From positions 4,288,001 to 4,352,000 of the forward strand of contig CBDCJH010000002.1 in NCBI GenBank assembly GCA_965217775.1: a DNA stretch of 64,000 nt, given 5' to 3'. The translations under genes were made by a program, and so were the position numbers. The notes below the pieces were generated by a model, which was given only the letters and a program-made list of their open reading frames with translations, was not told the DNA's origin and searched no databases. Below, one piece after another: positions 38,790 through 48,700 of the stretch (position 1 is the first letter of the stretch; every line of letters begins with the position of its first letter). This stretch comes from Acidobacteriota bacterium. GTDB lineage: Bacteria; Acidobacteriota; UBA6911; RPQK01; JAJDTT01.

Positions 38790-41230
38790 TGATCTGGCTT
38801 TTCTGTTTCCTGGCGGGTGCGTTCCTCCAAGCCGAGCCCGAGCCGCTCAGGCTGCTTCCGGAGGAGATCGTCCTCTCGGGACCCAGAGCCACCCAACGGT
38901 TGCTGGTGGTGGAGTCAGCAACCGGAGAGGGATCGGTCCGGGACTGGACGGACGAAGCGCGTTTCGTGGTTGCGGACCCGGCGGTGGCTGCGATGCAGGG
39001 ACCGGCCACGGTCACGTCCGTCTCGGACGGAAGCACCACCCTCCAGGCCCATCTGCCCGACGGACGAAAGGCGAGTGTCCGGATCCGGGTCCTGAAAACC
39101 GCAAAACCCTTCCTCTGGAGCTTTCGGAACCACGTGCTGCCGGCTCTCACCAAGGCCGGCTGCAATTCAGGTCCCTGCCACGGCGCAGCCTCGGGGCAGA
39201 ACTTCCTGAAGCTGAGCCTGAGAGGCTACGCTCCCGAAGCCGATCATGCGGCGCTGACCCGGGAGGGAGCGGGACGGCGAGTCCTGACGCTGCAGCCGGC
39301 TCGAAGCCTCATGCTCCTGAAGCCCACCCTGGCGGTTCCCCACGGCGGAGGCCGGCGCCTGGCGGTGCCCTCCCGGAACTACCAGGTGCTGTCCGAGTGG
39401 ATTGCCACGGGAGCCGCACCCCCGAGGCCGACGGACCGGCGTGTCGCAAGCCTCCGGATGCTCCCGCCGCGCCTCCGGCTCCAACCCGGGCAACGGCATG
39501 GGCTTCTGGTTCAGGCCGTCTTCGATGACGGGTCCCGGGAGGACGTGACCCACTGGGCCAAATACTCCTCCACCGACTCGGGCATCCTCAGCGTGGACGA
39601 GACGGGAGCGGCGGAGGCCCGGGGCCCGGGAGAAGCGTCGGTCTCCGTCTCGTGCCTGGATCAAGTGGCCTCCGCCCGGGTAGCGATTCCAGTGAAGGAA
39701 GGGCCCGACCCGGACGCCTACGCCCGGGCTCCCCGCCACAACCGGATCGACGATCTGGTCCTGGACAAGTTGCAAGACCTGGGACTGCCGCCCTACCGGC
39801 TCTCCAACGACCATCATTTCGTCCGCCGAGCCTATCTGGACGCCATCGGAGTCCTGCCCGGCATCGGGGAGGCGCAGCGGTTCGTTCGGGACACGAATCC
39901 GGACAAGCGGGCTCGGCTGGTGGATTCGCTGCTGGAGCGGCCCGAGTTCGTGGACTACTGGACCTACAAGTGGTGCGACCTGCTGCTGGTCTCCAGCAGC
40001 AAGCTGAAGTCCCCGGCCCACCGGATCTTCTACGACTGGATCCGCCGGAACGTGGCCGAGAACAAGCCCTGGGACCGCTTCGTCCGGGAGATCGTCACCG
40101 CCTCGGGGAGCAACTACGGCAACGGCGCCGCCAACTACTGGGTGATGCACGACGAGGCCACCAAGGCGACGGAAAACATCACCCACACCTTTCTGGGGAT
40201 CTCCGTGGCCTGCGCCCGCTGCCACAATCACCCCCTGGACAAATGGACGCAGGAGGACTACTACGGGCTCTCCAGCTTCTTCTCCCGGGTGGGTCGCAAA
40301 CCGGGAGACCGGGGAGACCTGGTCATCTTCGAGAGCCCGACCGGAGAGGTCCCCTTCCCGGGACGTCAGGGCGCGCTTCCTCCACGTCCGCTGGAGGGGG
40401 ACCCTCTCGCCGAGAACGCCCCCGGCAGCCGGCGGGAACATTTCGCCGAGTGGTTGACCTCGCGGGAGAACCGCTACTTCCTGCGGGCTACGGTGAACCG
40501 GATCTGGCACCACTTCCTGGGCCGGGGGCTGGTGGAGCCGGTGGACGATCTCAGACAGACCAACCCCGCTTCCAACGAAGACCTGGTGGACGCCTTGATC
40601 CGGGACTTTACGGAGCACGGCTTCGACCTCCGTCATCTGATCCGGACCATCATGAACTCGGCGACCTACCAGGCCGGCGCCGGAGGCGGGAGTCCGCCGG
40701 AACTGGCGGAGAAGTACCACTCGCGTTTCCGCGTCCGGCGGCTACCCGCGGAAGTGATCCTGGACATGATCTGCCAGGTCACGGGCGTCCCGGAGCGCTT
40801 CCCCGGATTTGCCCCCGGAACCCGGGCCCTTCAGCTCCCGGACACCCGGGTCGCCTCCAACTTCCTCTCCACCTTCGGCCGGCCGCCACGGGAGATCAAC
40901 GCCCATGCCGAGCGGGTCAAGGAGCCCACGGTGAACCAGGCCCTGCATCTGATTCATGGGGAAGGGCTTCACCGGAAGCTGCAATCGAAGACCGGCGTTC
41001 TGAACCGGTCCCTGGAGCAGAGACTCTCCCGGCAGGAGGTGATCCGAAACCTGTACTGGGCCGCCCTGAGCCGGCCTCCGACCGGGAATGAGATGAGGGA
41101 GTTGCTGGAAACCCTGGGTCCCGCCGCCTCCACATCCTCCGGAGACGAAACCTCGGACCTGGATCGGAGCGGGCTGGTGGACCTGGCCCTGGGAATCCTC
41201 ACCAGCAAGGAATTTCTCTTCAACCACTGA
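38789..41230 (+). CDS. DUF1549/DUF1553 protein with Ig-like domains
   Basis: SFRNHVLPALTKAGCNSGPCHG, FVRRAYLD, CARCHNHP, VNRIWHHFLGRGLVEPVDD, TSKEFLFNH; overlaps the upstream stop (TGATG). Confidence 0.92.
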   Translation: MIWLFCFLAGAFLQAEPEPLRLLPEEIVLSGPRATQRLLVVESATGEGSVRDWTDEARFVVADPAVAAMQGPATVTSVSDGSTTLQAHLPDGRKASVRIRVLKTAKPFLWSFRNHVLPALTKAGCNSGPCHGAASGQNFLKLSLRGYAPEADHAALTREGAGRRVLTLQPARSLMLLKPTLAVPHGGGRRLAVPSRNYQVLSEWIATGAAPPRPTDRRVASLRMLPPRLRLQPGQRHGLLVQAVFDDGSREDVTHWAKYSSTDSGILSVDETGAAEARGPGEASVSVSCLDQVASARVAIPVKEGPDPDAYARAPRHNRIDDLVLDKLQDLGLPPYRLSNDHHFVRRAYLDAIGVLPGIGEAQRFVRDTNPDKRARLVDSLLERPEFVDYWTYKWCDLLLVSSSKLKSPAHRIFYDWIRRNVAENKPWDRFVREIVTASGSNYGNGAANYWVMHDEATKATENITHTFLGISVACARCHNHPLDKWTQEDYYGLSSFFSRVGRKPGDRGDLVIFESPTGEVPFPGRQGALPPRPLEGDPLAENAPGSRREHFAEWLTSRENRYFLRATVNRIWHHFLGRGLVEPVDDLRQTNPASNEDLVDALIRDFTEHGFDLRHLIRTIMNSATYQAGAGGGSPPELAEKYHSRFRVRRLPAEVILDMICQVTGVPERFPGFAPGTRALQLPDTRVASNFLSTFGRPPREINAHAERVKEPTVNQALHLIHGEGLHRKLQSKTGVLNRSLEQRLSRQEVIRNLYWAALSRPPTGNEMRELLETLGPAASTSSGDETSDLDRSGLVDLALGILTSKEFLFNH

Positions 41231-43644
41231 TGCGAACTCACGCCGGCTGCCTGACACTCAGTCTATTGCTCCAGGTTCCCGGGTTCCCGGCCGGGGAACA
41301 CGCCGCCGGACTGGAATTCTCGCCCTCCCCCATCGTCTATCAGGTCAGCCCCCTGGGAGCCCAGGTCGGCACAACTACCTGGATAACCGTGGAGGGAATC
41401 AACCTGGAGGAATCGCCTCGCCTCATCTTCGGCCGGAAGGGGGTCGAGGCCACTGTCACGGGGATCGAACCGGCTCCCAATCGTCCCTATCGAACCCCCC
41501 GGCAACGGGTCCGGATTCGGCTGGACGTCGATTCCGGGGCGGAGATCGGAAGCCATGGATTCCGGATGAAGACCGTCTACGGCACCAGCAACTGGGTGCG
41601 CTTCGCTCTGGGAGCGCTGCCCCAGATCGAAGCCATGGAGCCTGCGGAGAAACACCCGGACGGCAGGGAGATCGCGCTTCCCGTCACCGTCGAGGGGCGG
41701 CTCGACCGGGGAACCCGGGGAGACGTTTTCCGCTTCCGGGCCGAGTCGGGACAGGAACTGGTTTTCCGGGTGGAAGCGTCCTCCCTGGGATCGCGGCTGG
41801 ACTCGGTGCTGGAGCTCAGGGACGGCGAGGGCCGGGTTCTGGCCGGAAACGACAACTTCTTCCCCGGGAGCGTGGACTCGGTATTGGCCTACAGCTTTCC
41901 ACGGGACGGCGAGTACCGGATTCGCATTTCCGACCGGGGGGGACGGGGCGGCCGCGCTTTCGCCTATCGTCTGACCCTGGGCGAGCTCCCCTTCCTGACG
42001 GGCGTCTTCCCCCTCGGGTTGCGCCGGGGGAGCCGGGAAGAGCTGGCCGTCACCGGCCACAACCTGGGAGACCGGAAAACGATCCGATGGGACGATCTCC
42101 CTCCGGACTCGGGGAAGGACACTCTCCAGGTCCGGCTCCGAACCCCTCTGGGGGCGAGCCTCAACACCCTGCCCGTGGCTCTGGGAGATACTCCGGAGGT
42201 GCTGGAGGAGGAACCCAACGACAGGGCGCCAACAGCGCAGTCCCTCCCGGTTCCGGTGACGGTGAACGGCCGCACCCGCGCTCGCGGCGACCAGGACTTG
42301 TTCTCTTTTTCGGCTCGCCGGGGCGAGGCCCTGGTCCTGGAGGTCCGGGCCCGCCGCCTCTGGTCTCCTCTGGACTCGGTTCTCCAGGTGCTGGACGAGG
42401 AGGAGCGGCCGGTTCCCGGGGCCGTCCTGGAAGTGTTGTCCGAGGACTTCCACGACGGCAGGTTGAACGCGAGCAATCTCTTGCTGAACCGCTTCGGATT
42501 GAAGGACGACACCCGCTACTACCCTCTGGATTACGTTCTCCTGGACCGGAGGGAGCTGATCCGGCTGGAACGCTCCATTCGGCGGGCGGACCATTTTTCG
42601 GTCGCCCAGGGCATCCTGGGAAAGCGTATCAGCTGGCTGGGGACGGATCCTCAGAACCACCCCGTCAACGGAAGCGTCCACAAGGTCCTGGTGCGAGACC
42701 CCGGCACTCCCGTGAACGAGGAACTCTATCCTGCCGTGACCCTTCCCTACCGGAACGACGACGGCGGACCTCTGAGGGGAAAAGACTCCTATCTCCTGTT
42801 CCGGGCTCCGAAAGACGGAACCTACTTGGCCCACTTGAGCGACCTGGGCGGTGCGGGAGATCCTCGGCATGCATACCGCCTCACCATCCGGCGGGCCAAA
42901 CCCGACTTCCGGCTCTTTCTGGACGACGGATATCTGCTCTATATAGACGGGCGGGCCACCGGAGCTCGAAACCCCAACGTCCCCCGGGGAGGAAGCGTGC
43001 CACTGACCGTTGCGGCGGCCCGCATGGAGGGGTTCGAGGGTCCCGTTCGGGTCCGGGTGGTGGATCTGCCTCCGGGATTTCGCGCCACCGAGGGGCTGAT
43101 CCGGCCTCGGGAGATGGTCACCACCCTGGTTCTCTCAGCCCAGGAAACCGCTCAGGAGCCGGACGAACCGGTACGACTCCGGGTGGTGGGAGAGGCGGTC
43201 ATCGGCGGGCGGACCGTCAGCCGAGTCGCCGCCGACCCGGCGGAGCCCCTGAATCTGGTCTCCCTGGCGCCCAGCCCTCCGATCGTTCCCCGGATCGAGC
43301 CGCCCAACCCGGTCATCCGGCCCGGCGAGAACATCCGGTTGACCATTCACATTCAGCGGAATCACGGCTTCCGTCTGGACGTACCCTTCATCCTCCAGAA
43401 CCGGCCGGCCGGAATCTGGGTCGAGGACAGCGGTTCCAGCGGAATCGTGATCTCGAAGGACGAGACGAGCCGGACGCTGTCGCTGAGAGCGGATCCCTGG
43501 GTCGAGCCCATGACCTTTCCGCTTCTGGCCGTGGGGCGGATCAAGAGCGAGGCGGTTCGCAGGCGAAGGAGTGGGGCCAAAGTGGAGTCGGCCGATTACA
43601 CAACCCTGCCTCTACTGGTCAGGGTGGCGCCCCGGGCGGAGTGA
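41230..43644 (+). CDS. PPC (pre-peptidase C-terminal) domain repeat protein
   Basis: DVFRFRAESGQ, SRLDSVLEL, EEEPND, DLFSFSARRGE, NDDGG..GKDSYLLFRAPKDGTY, YRLTIR. Confidence 0.82.
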   Translation: MRTHAGCLTLSLLLQVPGFPAGEHAAGLEFSPSPIVYQVSPLGAQVGTTTWITVEGINLEESPRLIFGRKGVEATVTGIEPAPNRPYRTPRQRVRIRLDVDSGAEIGSHGFRMKTVYGTSNWVRFALGALPQIEAMEPAEKHPDGREIALPVTVEGRLDRGTRGDVFRFRAESGQELVFRVEASSLGSRLDSVLELRDGEGRVLAGNDNFFPGSVDSVLAYSFPRDGEYRIRISDRGGRGGRAFAYRLTLGELPFLTGVFPLGLRRGSREELAVTGHNLGDRKTIRWDDLPPDSGKDTLQVRLRTPLGASLNTLPVALGDTPEVLEEEPNDRAPTAQSLPVPVTVNGRTRARGDQDLFSFSARRGEALVLEVRARRLWSPLDSVLQVLDEEERPVPGAVLEVLSEDFHDGRLNASNLLLNRFGLKDDTRYYPLDYVLLDRRELIRLERSIRRADHFSVAQGILGKRISWLGTDPQNHPVNGSVHKVLVRDPGTPVNEELYPAVTLPYRNDDGGPLRGKDSYLLFRAPKDGTYLAHLSDLGGAGDPRHAYRLTIRRAKPDFRLFLDDGYLLYIDGRATGARNPNVPRGGSVPLTVAAARMEGFEGPVRVRVVDLPPGFRATEGLIRPREMVTTLVLSAQETAQEPDEPVRLRVVGEAVIGGRTVSRVAADPAEPLNLVSLAPSPPIVPRIEPPNPVIRPGENIRLTIHIQRNHGFRLDVPFILQNRPAGIWVEDSGSSGIVISKDETSRTLSLRADPWVEPMTFPLLAVGRIKSEAVRRRRSGAKVESADYTTLPLLVRVAPRAE

Positions 43645-43666
43645 TGCGGTCCGGAAATCGCATTAA

Positions 43667-43722
43667 CAGCCCGTGGCAAAAGTCATCGCGGCATTCGACC
43701 GGGTCTGCATCCCGGCAGACTG
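43667..43722. mobile_element. MITE family B, 56-bp derivative between TTAA sites
   Basis: TTAA-CAGCCCGTGGCAAAAGTCATCGCGGCATTCGACC...GACTG-TTAA; the right TTAA contains the TAA stop of the minus-strand gene ending at 43723. Confidence 0.78.
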
Positions 43723-44346
43723 TTAAAAACCGATGGTCCGGTTTCCGGGCAGCAGAACCTGGCCGCCGATGAGCCGGTTGCCGCTCTTCTTGCTTTTCAG
43801 ATAGAAGAAACCTTCCACGGTCTGGCCCGGACCCACGTTGGCCGCCTGGATCTCGTACCGGTTCAACAACTCCCGGAGTTCCTTCACCTTGCCTACGTGG
43901 ATGATGCCCGGGCCGCCCCCGCCACCGATCGTGGTCCTCCTCTCCCCGTAAGGACGCCGGCGGGGACTGAAGACGGGTCCGCCGGCTGAGGTCCGCAGGT
44001 TGACACCCCGGCCGCCGCCACCACCCTGATAGTACTTGACCATCTTGGGAGTGAGCTCGGCGGCGCTGACGCGTTTGAGGGTCTTCCCCTTGGGATCGTG
44101 GACCGTCATCCGTTCAGGGTCCAACGAGAAACCGGCGGTGGAAGCGTTCCGGACCTGAACCCGCACCACGGCAAAACCCTCATGGAACACCTGGTAGGGG
44201 AAGTCGTCCGGAAGATCTCTCCGGACCATGGAGGCGGCCGAAACGAAGATCCCCTTCTCGATCTCCATCTCGTCCGCCTGGGCCGTCCCGGACAGAAGGA
44301 AAAGGGCGGCGGCAAAGATCGTGCTGACGGACAGTGTCTTTCTCAT
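43723..44346 (-). CDS. Secreted hypothetical protein
   Basis: GAGG RBS; signal peptide MRKTLSVSTIFAAALFLLSGTAQA; C-terminal GPGQTVEGFFY. Confidence 0.7.
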   Translation of the reverse strand: MRKTLSVSTIFAAALFLLSGTAQADEMEIEKGIFVSAASMVRRDLPDDFPYQVFHEGFAVVRVQVRNASTAGFSLDPERMTVHDPKGKTLKRVSAAELTPKMVKYYQGGGGGRGVNLRTSAGGPVFSPRRRPYGERRTTIGGGGGPGIIHVGKVKELRELLNRYEIQAANVGPGQTVEGFFYLKSKKSGNRLIGGQVLLPGNRTIGF

Positions 44347-44351
44347 GGCAT

Positions 44352-45518
44352 CTATTCCTCCACTGTCAATCGGGCGCAACGGATGTGGGTGATGCAGGCC
44401 TGGGTGCACCACCAACTGGCCAGGAGGTCTCCTCCCGGCAGACGAACCAGATTAGGCTTGCCGAAGGCAATGTTGTCGTGACTGGCCGGATACTCCGGCT
44501 TGCGGTCGACGCCCAGGAACTCCTGCCCCACGGCGTCCCAGACCATCACCTGGTGCTCCAGGTCCCAGGTCCGGCCCCCGTCCTCGCTCAGGGTCACCAG
44601 GACACCCGGCTTCATCCTCTCCCGAATCGAGTAGGCCGCTGCCAGGACACCCTCTCCCAGATCGGCGGCCCAACTGGTCTGGGCCGGAATCGTCGTGGAC
44701 AGGGGGTTCTCCCAGCGGGTTCCCGTGGTGTCGGAGCTGACGAAATGGAGCGGATAGTTCTCCTGTCCGCCGATGCTCTGGGTCCATTGAAGGGCACAGA
44801 TGCGGCCGTCCAACATCCGGCTGTAGCGGCTGTGAGAGTACATCCGGGACGGGTCGGAAGCACTGGGAAAATCGATCTGCTCACCCCAAGTCGACCCGCC
44901 GTCCCTCGAGAACAGGGCAGAGCCCTTGATGTGCAGGGGAGACGTGTCGTCCCACGATTTCCAGCGCTCCAACGCCAGGAACAGGGAACCGTCATGGAGT
45001 TCGATCACACTGGACGGAGCGTCCGCCACTCCCACGCCTCCCACTTCGATCACCTGGGGAGGAGACCAGGTCCGGCCCAGGTCCGTGGACCGAAACAGCA
45101 CCAGCTCGAAGGGTTTCAGACCTCCGGTCTCGGGATTGAACCGGAACATCTGATCCTGCGTGGCTCGAAACCGGTGGGCCACCAGGAGCAGCGTCCCGTT
45201 CCGGAGGAGCGTCCCATGGGGGGCGCTGTAGGAATGGGGCGTGCTCTCCTGTTTCGGGTCCCAGAGATCCCCCTCCTCGACCCAGGTCTCGCCGCCGTCC
45301 CGGGAACGGAGCACGGCCAGCCTTCCGTCCAGGGAGTAGAACGCCTGGCCCAACCGGTAAAAACAGAGCAGTTCCCGTTCCGAGATGGGGACCACGTTGG
45401 GGAGATAGGCACAGACGGCTTGATGTCCGGGATGAGGATTACGGTAGAGAATGGATTCGGAAACGATTCTCAGCCGTCTCACCCCAACACTATGACCGAG
45501 AGGGAGTATTGGGGTCAA
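44352..45518 (-). CDS. Sialidase-like BNR-repeat beta-propeller protein
   Basis: Asp-boxes SRDGGETW, STDLGRTW, SRDGGSTW, SSDTTGTRW, SEDGGRTW. Confidence 0.82.
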   Translation of the reverse strand: MTPILPLGHSVGVRRLRIVSESILYRNPHPGHQAVCAYLPNVVPISERELLCFYRLGQAFYSLDGRLAVLRSRDGGETWVEEGDLWDPKQESTPHSYSAPHGTLLRNGTLLLVAHRFRATQDQMFRFNPETGGLKPFELVLFRSTDLGRTWSPPQVIEVGGVGVADAPSSVIELHDGSLFLALERWKSWDDTSPLHIKGSALFSRDGGSTWGEQIDFPSASDPSRMYSHSRYSRMLDGRICALQWTQSIGGQENYPLHFVSSDTTGTRWENPLSTTIPAQTSWAADLGEGVLAAAYSIRERMKPGVLVTLSEDGGRTWDLEHQVMVWDAVGQEFLGVDRKPEYPASHDNIAFGKPNLVRLPGGDLLASWWCTQACITHIRCARLTVEE

Positions 45519-45591
45519 CGATGGGCTGGGACTCCATCAACGAGGACTGCCGGCAACCCGATCGGAAGGCTTCCCCATGCAGGGGTGCAAC

Positions 45592-45631
45592 TTCATATCC
45601 CCTCAATAAGATTCATATCCCCTCAATAAGA
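45592..45631. repeat. Perfect 20-bp tandem duplication
   Basis: TTCATATCCCCTCAATAAGA twice. Confidence 0.9.
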
Positions 45632-45720
45632 AAAGACCCGCGCGGGACTGAAACCAGAAGGTGAGTTGAGTAGAATGAACCCCGGTTGGCTCTTCCTCCG
45701 GCGCAGGGCGAGTCAGCTTA

Positions 45721-45754
45721 GAGCCTGCCGGGCGCCCAAGCGTCCGGCGGGCTC
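45721..45754. terminator. Hairpin downstream of the giant surface protein gene (terminator or MITE relic)
   Basis: GAGCCTGCCGGGCGC-ccaa-GCGTCCGGCGGGCTC, preceded by TTA. Confidence 0.45.
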
Positions 45755-45783
45755 GCTTCCAAGCTCGCCCGACTCAAGGACCG

Positions 45784-48700
45784 TCACCAGGAACCGCCAG
45801 CCGGCCGTGGCCCCAGCCCCGGACCGCCGAGCATTGAGCCGGGGCCCATGAGACCGTTTCGATAGAGAGGATTGTAGGAGCGGTCGCCGAGATCCATCTC
45901 GAGTTGCAAGCGGATGTTGGGTCCGAACTGCAGGCGCCATCCCAGCAGATAGCTCTGGGCTCCGGTTCCGGAGCCCACCAGCGACATGTCGGCATAGGGA
46001 GCCATCAGCAACCGGCCGCCGAGCACCCGCATCCGGTAGTCCACTTCCGCAGTCAAGGGTGCATCCATGCCGGCGAAGCCGTTCCGATTCAAGCTCGCCG
46101 CCGACTGGGACCAGAAGCGGTTCGTTCCGGTGGGCGCCGTCCCCAAGGACGAGACCATCCGCACGGCGAGGCCCCGGCCCGCGACCCCTGGGTCGTACTC
46201 GATCATCCCGCCGACTCCCCACTCCCGGTAGCCGTCGTCCTGGTGCGCCATCAGCCGCCTCGCGCTCACGGAGACCGTCAGACCCCGATCCGGGTTGAGA
46301 TAGCTCAGATTTGCTCCCACCTCCAGGCCCATCCCGGTCTCTGCCGCTCCAGCGTCACGCCGAATCCCGAAGTCCACCGCTCCCCCCACCAGGCCGCCCG
46401 CCCAGGCGTACCTGCAGTCACATGCCGCTTCCAGGAGGAGCCGCGTCCGGCTCGCATCCGCATCCGTGATCCGCGGACCGGCATTCGCATCCAGGTCCAT
46501 CCCCACCCAGAACGTATCCGTCTTCAACGCCAGCTCGAGCCCGTTCTTGTCTTCCGGCTTCAGCAGCGACCCACGGGCCCCGACCGCCCCCATCGTCATC
46601 CCGATATCATGCCGGGCAGAGCCGGTTGCACCGGTCGCTCCCATCTCTCCGCGTCCGTATCCGAACAGGCCCCAGGTGAACAATCGTTCCTCCAGGTCCA
46701 CCCGAAGATAGGGGTAGACACTGGTCAGAGATGCCGACAATTCCGAATCCAGAGACTGGAGCCGCTGGCCCCTGCCAGCGAAGGCGTCCCCATCCCCCTC
46801 ACTGCGGGATACCGCCAAGCCGGCCAGGATACGTCCGCGTGTGTAATCGACGCCGGCCAGGCCGGTCAGCACTCCGCCGTCCAGAGACAGATCCGTGTTC
46901 CAGCCGGAAAACTGAGTCGTCACGCCGCGGCCCCAAGCCGTCCATCTCGCTCCCTGATCGTTTCCGGTCCGGTCCCCGTCCCCCGACGTCAGGTGGAACG
47001 AGCTGGTGGACAGTAGATTGCGCCCACCCAGGCGCCGAAACCCGAATTGGGTTCCTTCCAAGGTCCCCCCATAAAGACCGAGAGATTCACCGGCCCGGCC
47101 GGGCGAGCCCGGCGCTCCCAGTCCGCCACCGGCCATGAGCGGCTGGCTTCCGAAGAAGAGGTCCGAATCATGGCGGCGATTGCCCGCCTCATTCTCGACC
47201 GCCAACCTCAACTGCCGTCCCCCGACCGTCACCTGCGGTGGCCGGTACGGCGATCCGGTCAGTCGTTTGCTGACCGCTTCCACCACTTGAGTCGCGACCG
47301 TCCGCCCGAAGCGGGTGAGCCACGCCTTGAACACGATGCCTTCGTCGTCCTCGATCACTCCCGTCGCCGTACTCTGGCCCAAGGTCCCGTTCACGGCGCG
47401 GCCCAGCGTCACCGTGAAGGTCTCGTCCTCTTCCAGGAGCACGTCGTCCAGGAGAAGCACGCGAATAGACTCGGTTGTCCGCCCCGGAGGGAAGTTCACA
47501 ATACCGCTGGCCCCCCGGTAGTCCTCGTTCGATCTCGCCGTCCCGTCGGAAGTCGTCCATTCCACCGTCACCAAATGATCGCTGGGTCCAGCCAGCGTTA
47601 TCGGAAAGACGATCTCTCCCGCGATCTCCAGCGCCCGTGCACTTTCGATCCCGATGGCGGGCGGACGGTCGTTGTCGGTCACCACGACGACGGCTTTGCC
47701 GGGATCCTGGATGGAATAGTCATCACTCTCGACCAGAACCGCCTCCACCGTGCCGTCGGCTTCGTCCCGCTCATCGTCCACCGTCGCGATTCGCAGAACC
47801 GCCGCCGACTCTCCAGCACCGAAGCTCACCGTGTTGGGCGGCGTCTCCGCGAGGAACGACCCTGTTGCATTGACGCGCACCGTCACAATCAGCGCACTCC
47901 GGAGATTGCCCGACCGAGTCAGATCGAACTGCACGTCCTCCCCCTCGTCCACCGACCCGGAAGCCGCGGAAATGCTCACCAACGGCAGGTCGTTGTCCAC
48001 GATGATGCCGGTCGCCTCGGACCTCTCCAAACTCCCGCCCCGCGGGTTGGACAGTTTCACCGTGAAGGTCTCGTCCGGTTCGACCGCGGTGTCGTCCAGC
48101 ACCGGAACCTTCGCCTCCTGGCGAGTCTCTCCGGGAGCGAAAACCAACTCGCCCTTACCAGCCGTATAGTCCTCGCCCGCCTTCGCCGTTCCGTCGGACG
48201 TCGCCCACTCGACCCGGACCGTCCGGCTGCTGGGGCCGTCCATGGTCACGGCAAAGGCGATCTCTTCGTCGCCCTCCATGACTTCCGCGTCCTCGATGGA
48301 CAACTCCGGGACGTCGTTTTCGATGATCGTCACCACCACGTTGGGTGCGGTCACATCTGTGTAGTCTCCGCCACTGACCGTGTGCGTCAGCGTCACGGGC
48401 GGGTCGTTCAACGCGTCCTCGTCCTCCGCCGCCATCACCGTCATTGGCTGCGACGTCGACCAGTTCGATGCCGTGAACGTCAACGATGCCGGCGATACCA
48501 TCAGGTCTCCTGTGACCCCTCCCACCGTCACCGTCACAGGTCCGGTCGGCTCCGTGTCCAACACCACGGTGTAGGTCTCGCTACTTCCCTCGGTGACCGA
48601 CAGTTCCGTTGGGGTCACCGTTACTCCGGGGATGTCGTTTTCGAGGATGGTTACCTCTACCTCGGCAGCGGTCACCCCGTCGTAGCCTCCGCCACTTGCC

